Source: a virus (taxonomy: Duplodnaviria; Caudoviricetes). From it: a stretch of 58,135 nucleotides of DNA. Of the stretch, positions 58,132-58,135 are shown in pieces. The notes under the pieces are model-generated. The model did not search any database. It was given only the letters and a program-made list of their open reading frames with translations, and was not told the origin of the DNA. Position 1 is the first letter of the stretch, and the number at the start of each line of letters is the position of its first letter. Both the position numbers and the translations under genes were made by a program. The stretch covers positions 1 through 58,135 of the IMG/VR virus record IMGVR_UViG_3300042526_000572. One strand, written 5' to 3'.

Positions 58132-58135
58132 AGCT

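Noticed and set aside
1-58135. Stop-codon reassignment (TAG or TGA), known in some crAss-like phages
   Set aside because: ORFs up to 13 kb are open in code 11. TAG ends the scaffold and MCP at sensible positions, and TGA ends many genes in ATGA overlaps.

Overview
This window is the late/virion half of a crAss-like phage (Crassvirales) genome, almost entirely on the + strand and read in the standard genetic code. Gene order: end of a fibre gene, a tightly coupled lysis cassette (holin-like, M15 endolysin, spanin-like), a metallophosphoesterase, a ~600-bp structured intergenic region, GroES, HU/IHF, terminase, portal, a modular 849-aa protein, scaffold, major capsid protein, tail/ring/muzzle genes and four large cargo proteins, including a 4455-aa virion RNA polymerase (DFDVD). 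A convergent terminator and the first - strand gene close the window. TAnnTTTG promoters and A-rich leaders lacking Shine-Dalgarno sites point to a Bacteroidota host. Three observations stand out. (1) Two tandem, paralogous promoter-ncRNA-terminator cassettes at 4249-4497 share a conserved stem core. (2) A K-[YF]-[QEK]-x-G(G) motif starts several cargo proteins and also delimits apparently swappable modules in the 849-aa protein, one flanked by a 31-bp direct repeat. (3) ADP-ribosyltransferase-like and NADAR-like domains are inserted into the ejected proteins. All product calls come from motif recognition and synteny; no database search was run.
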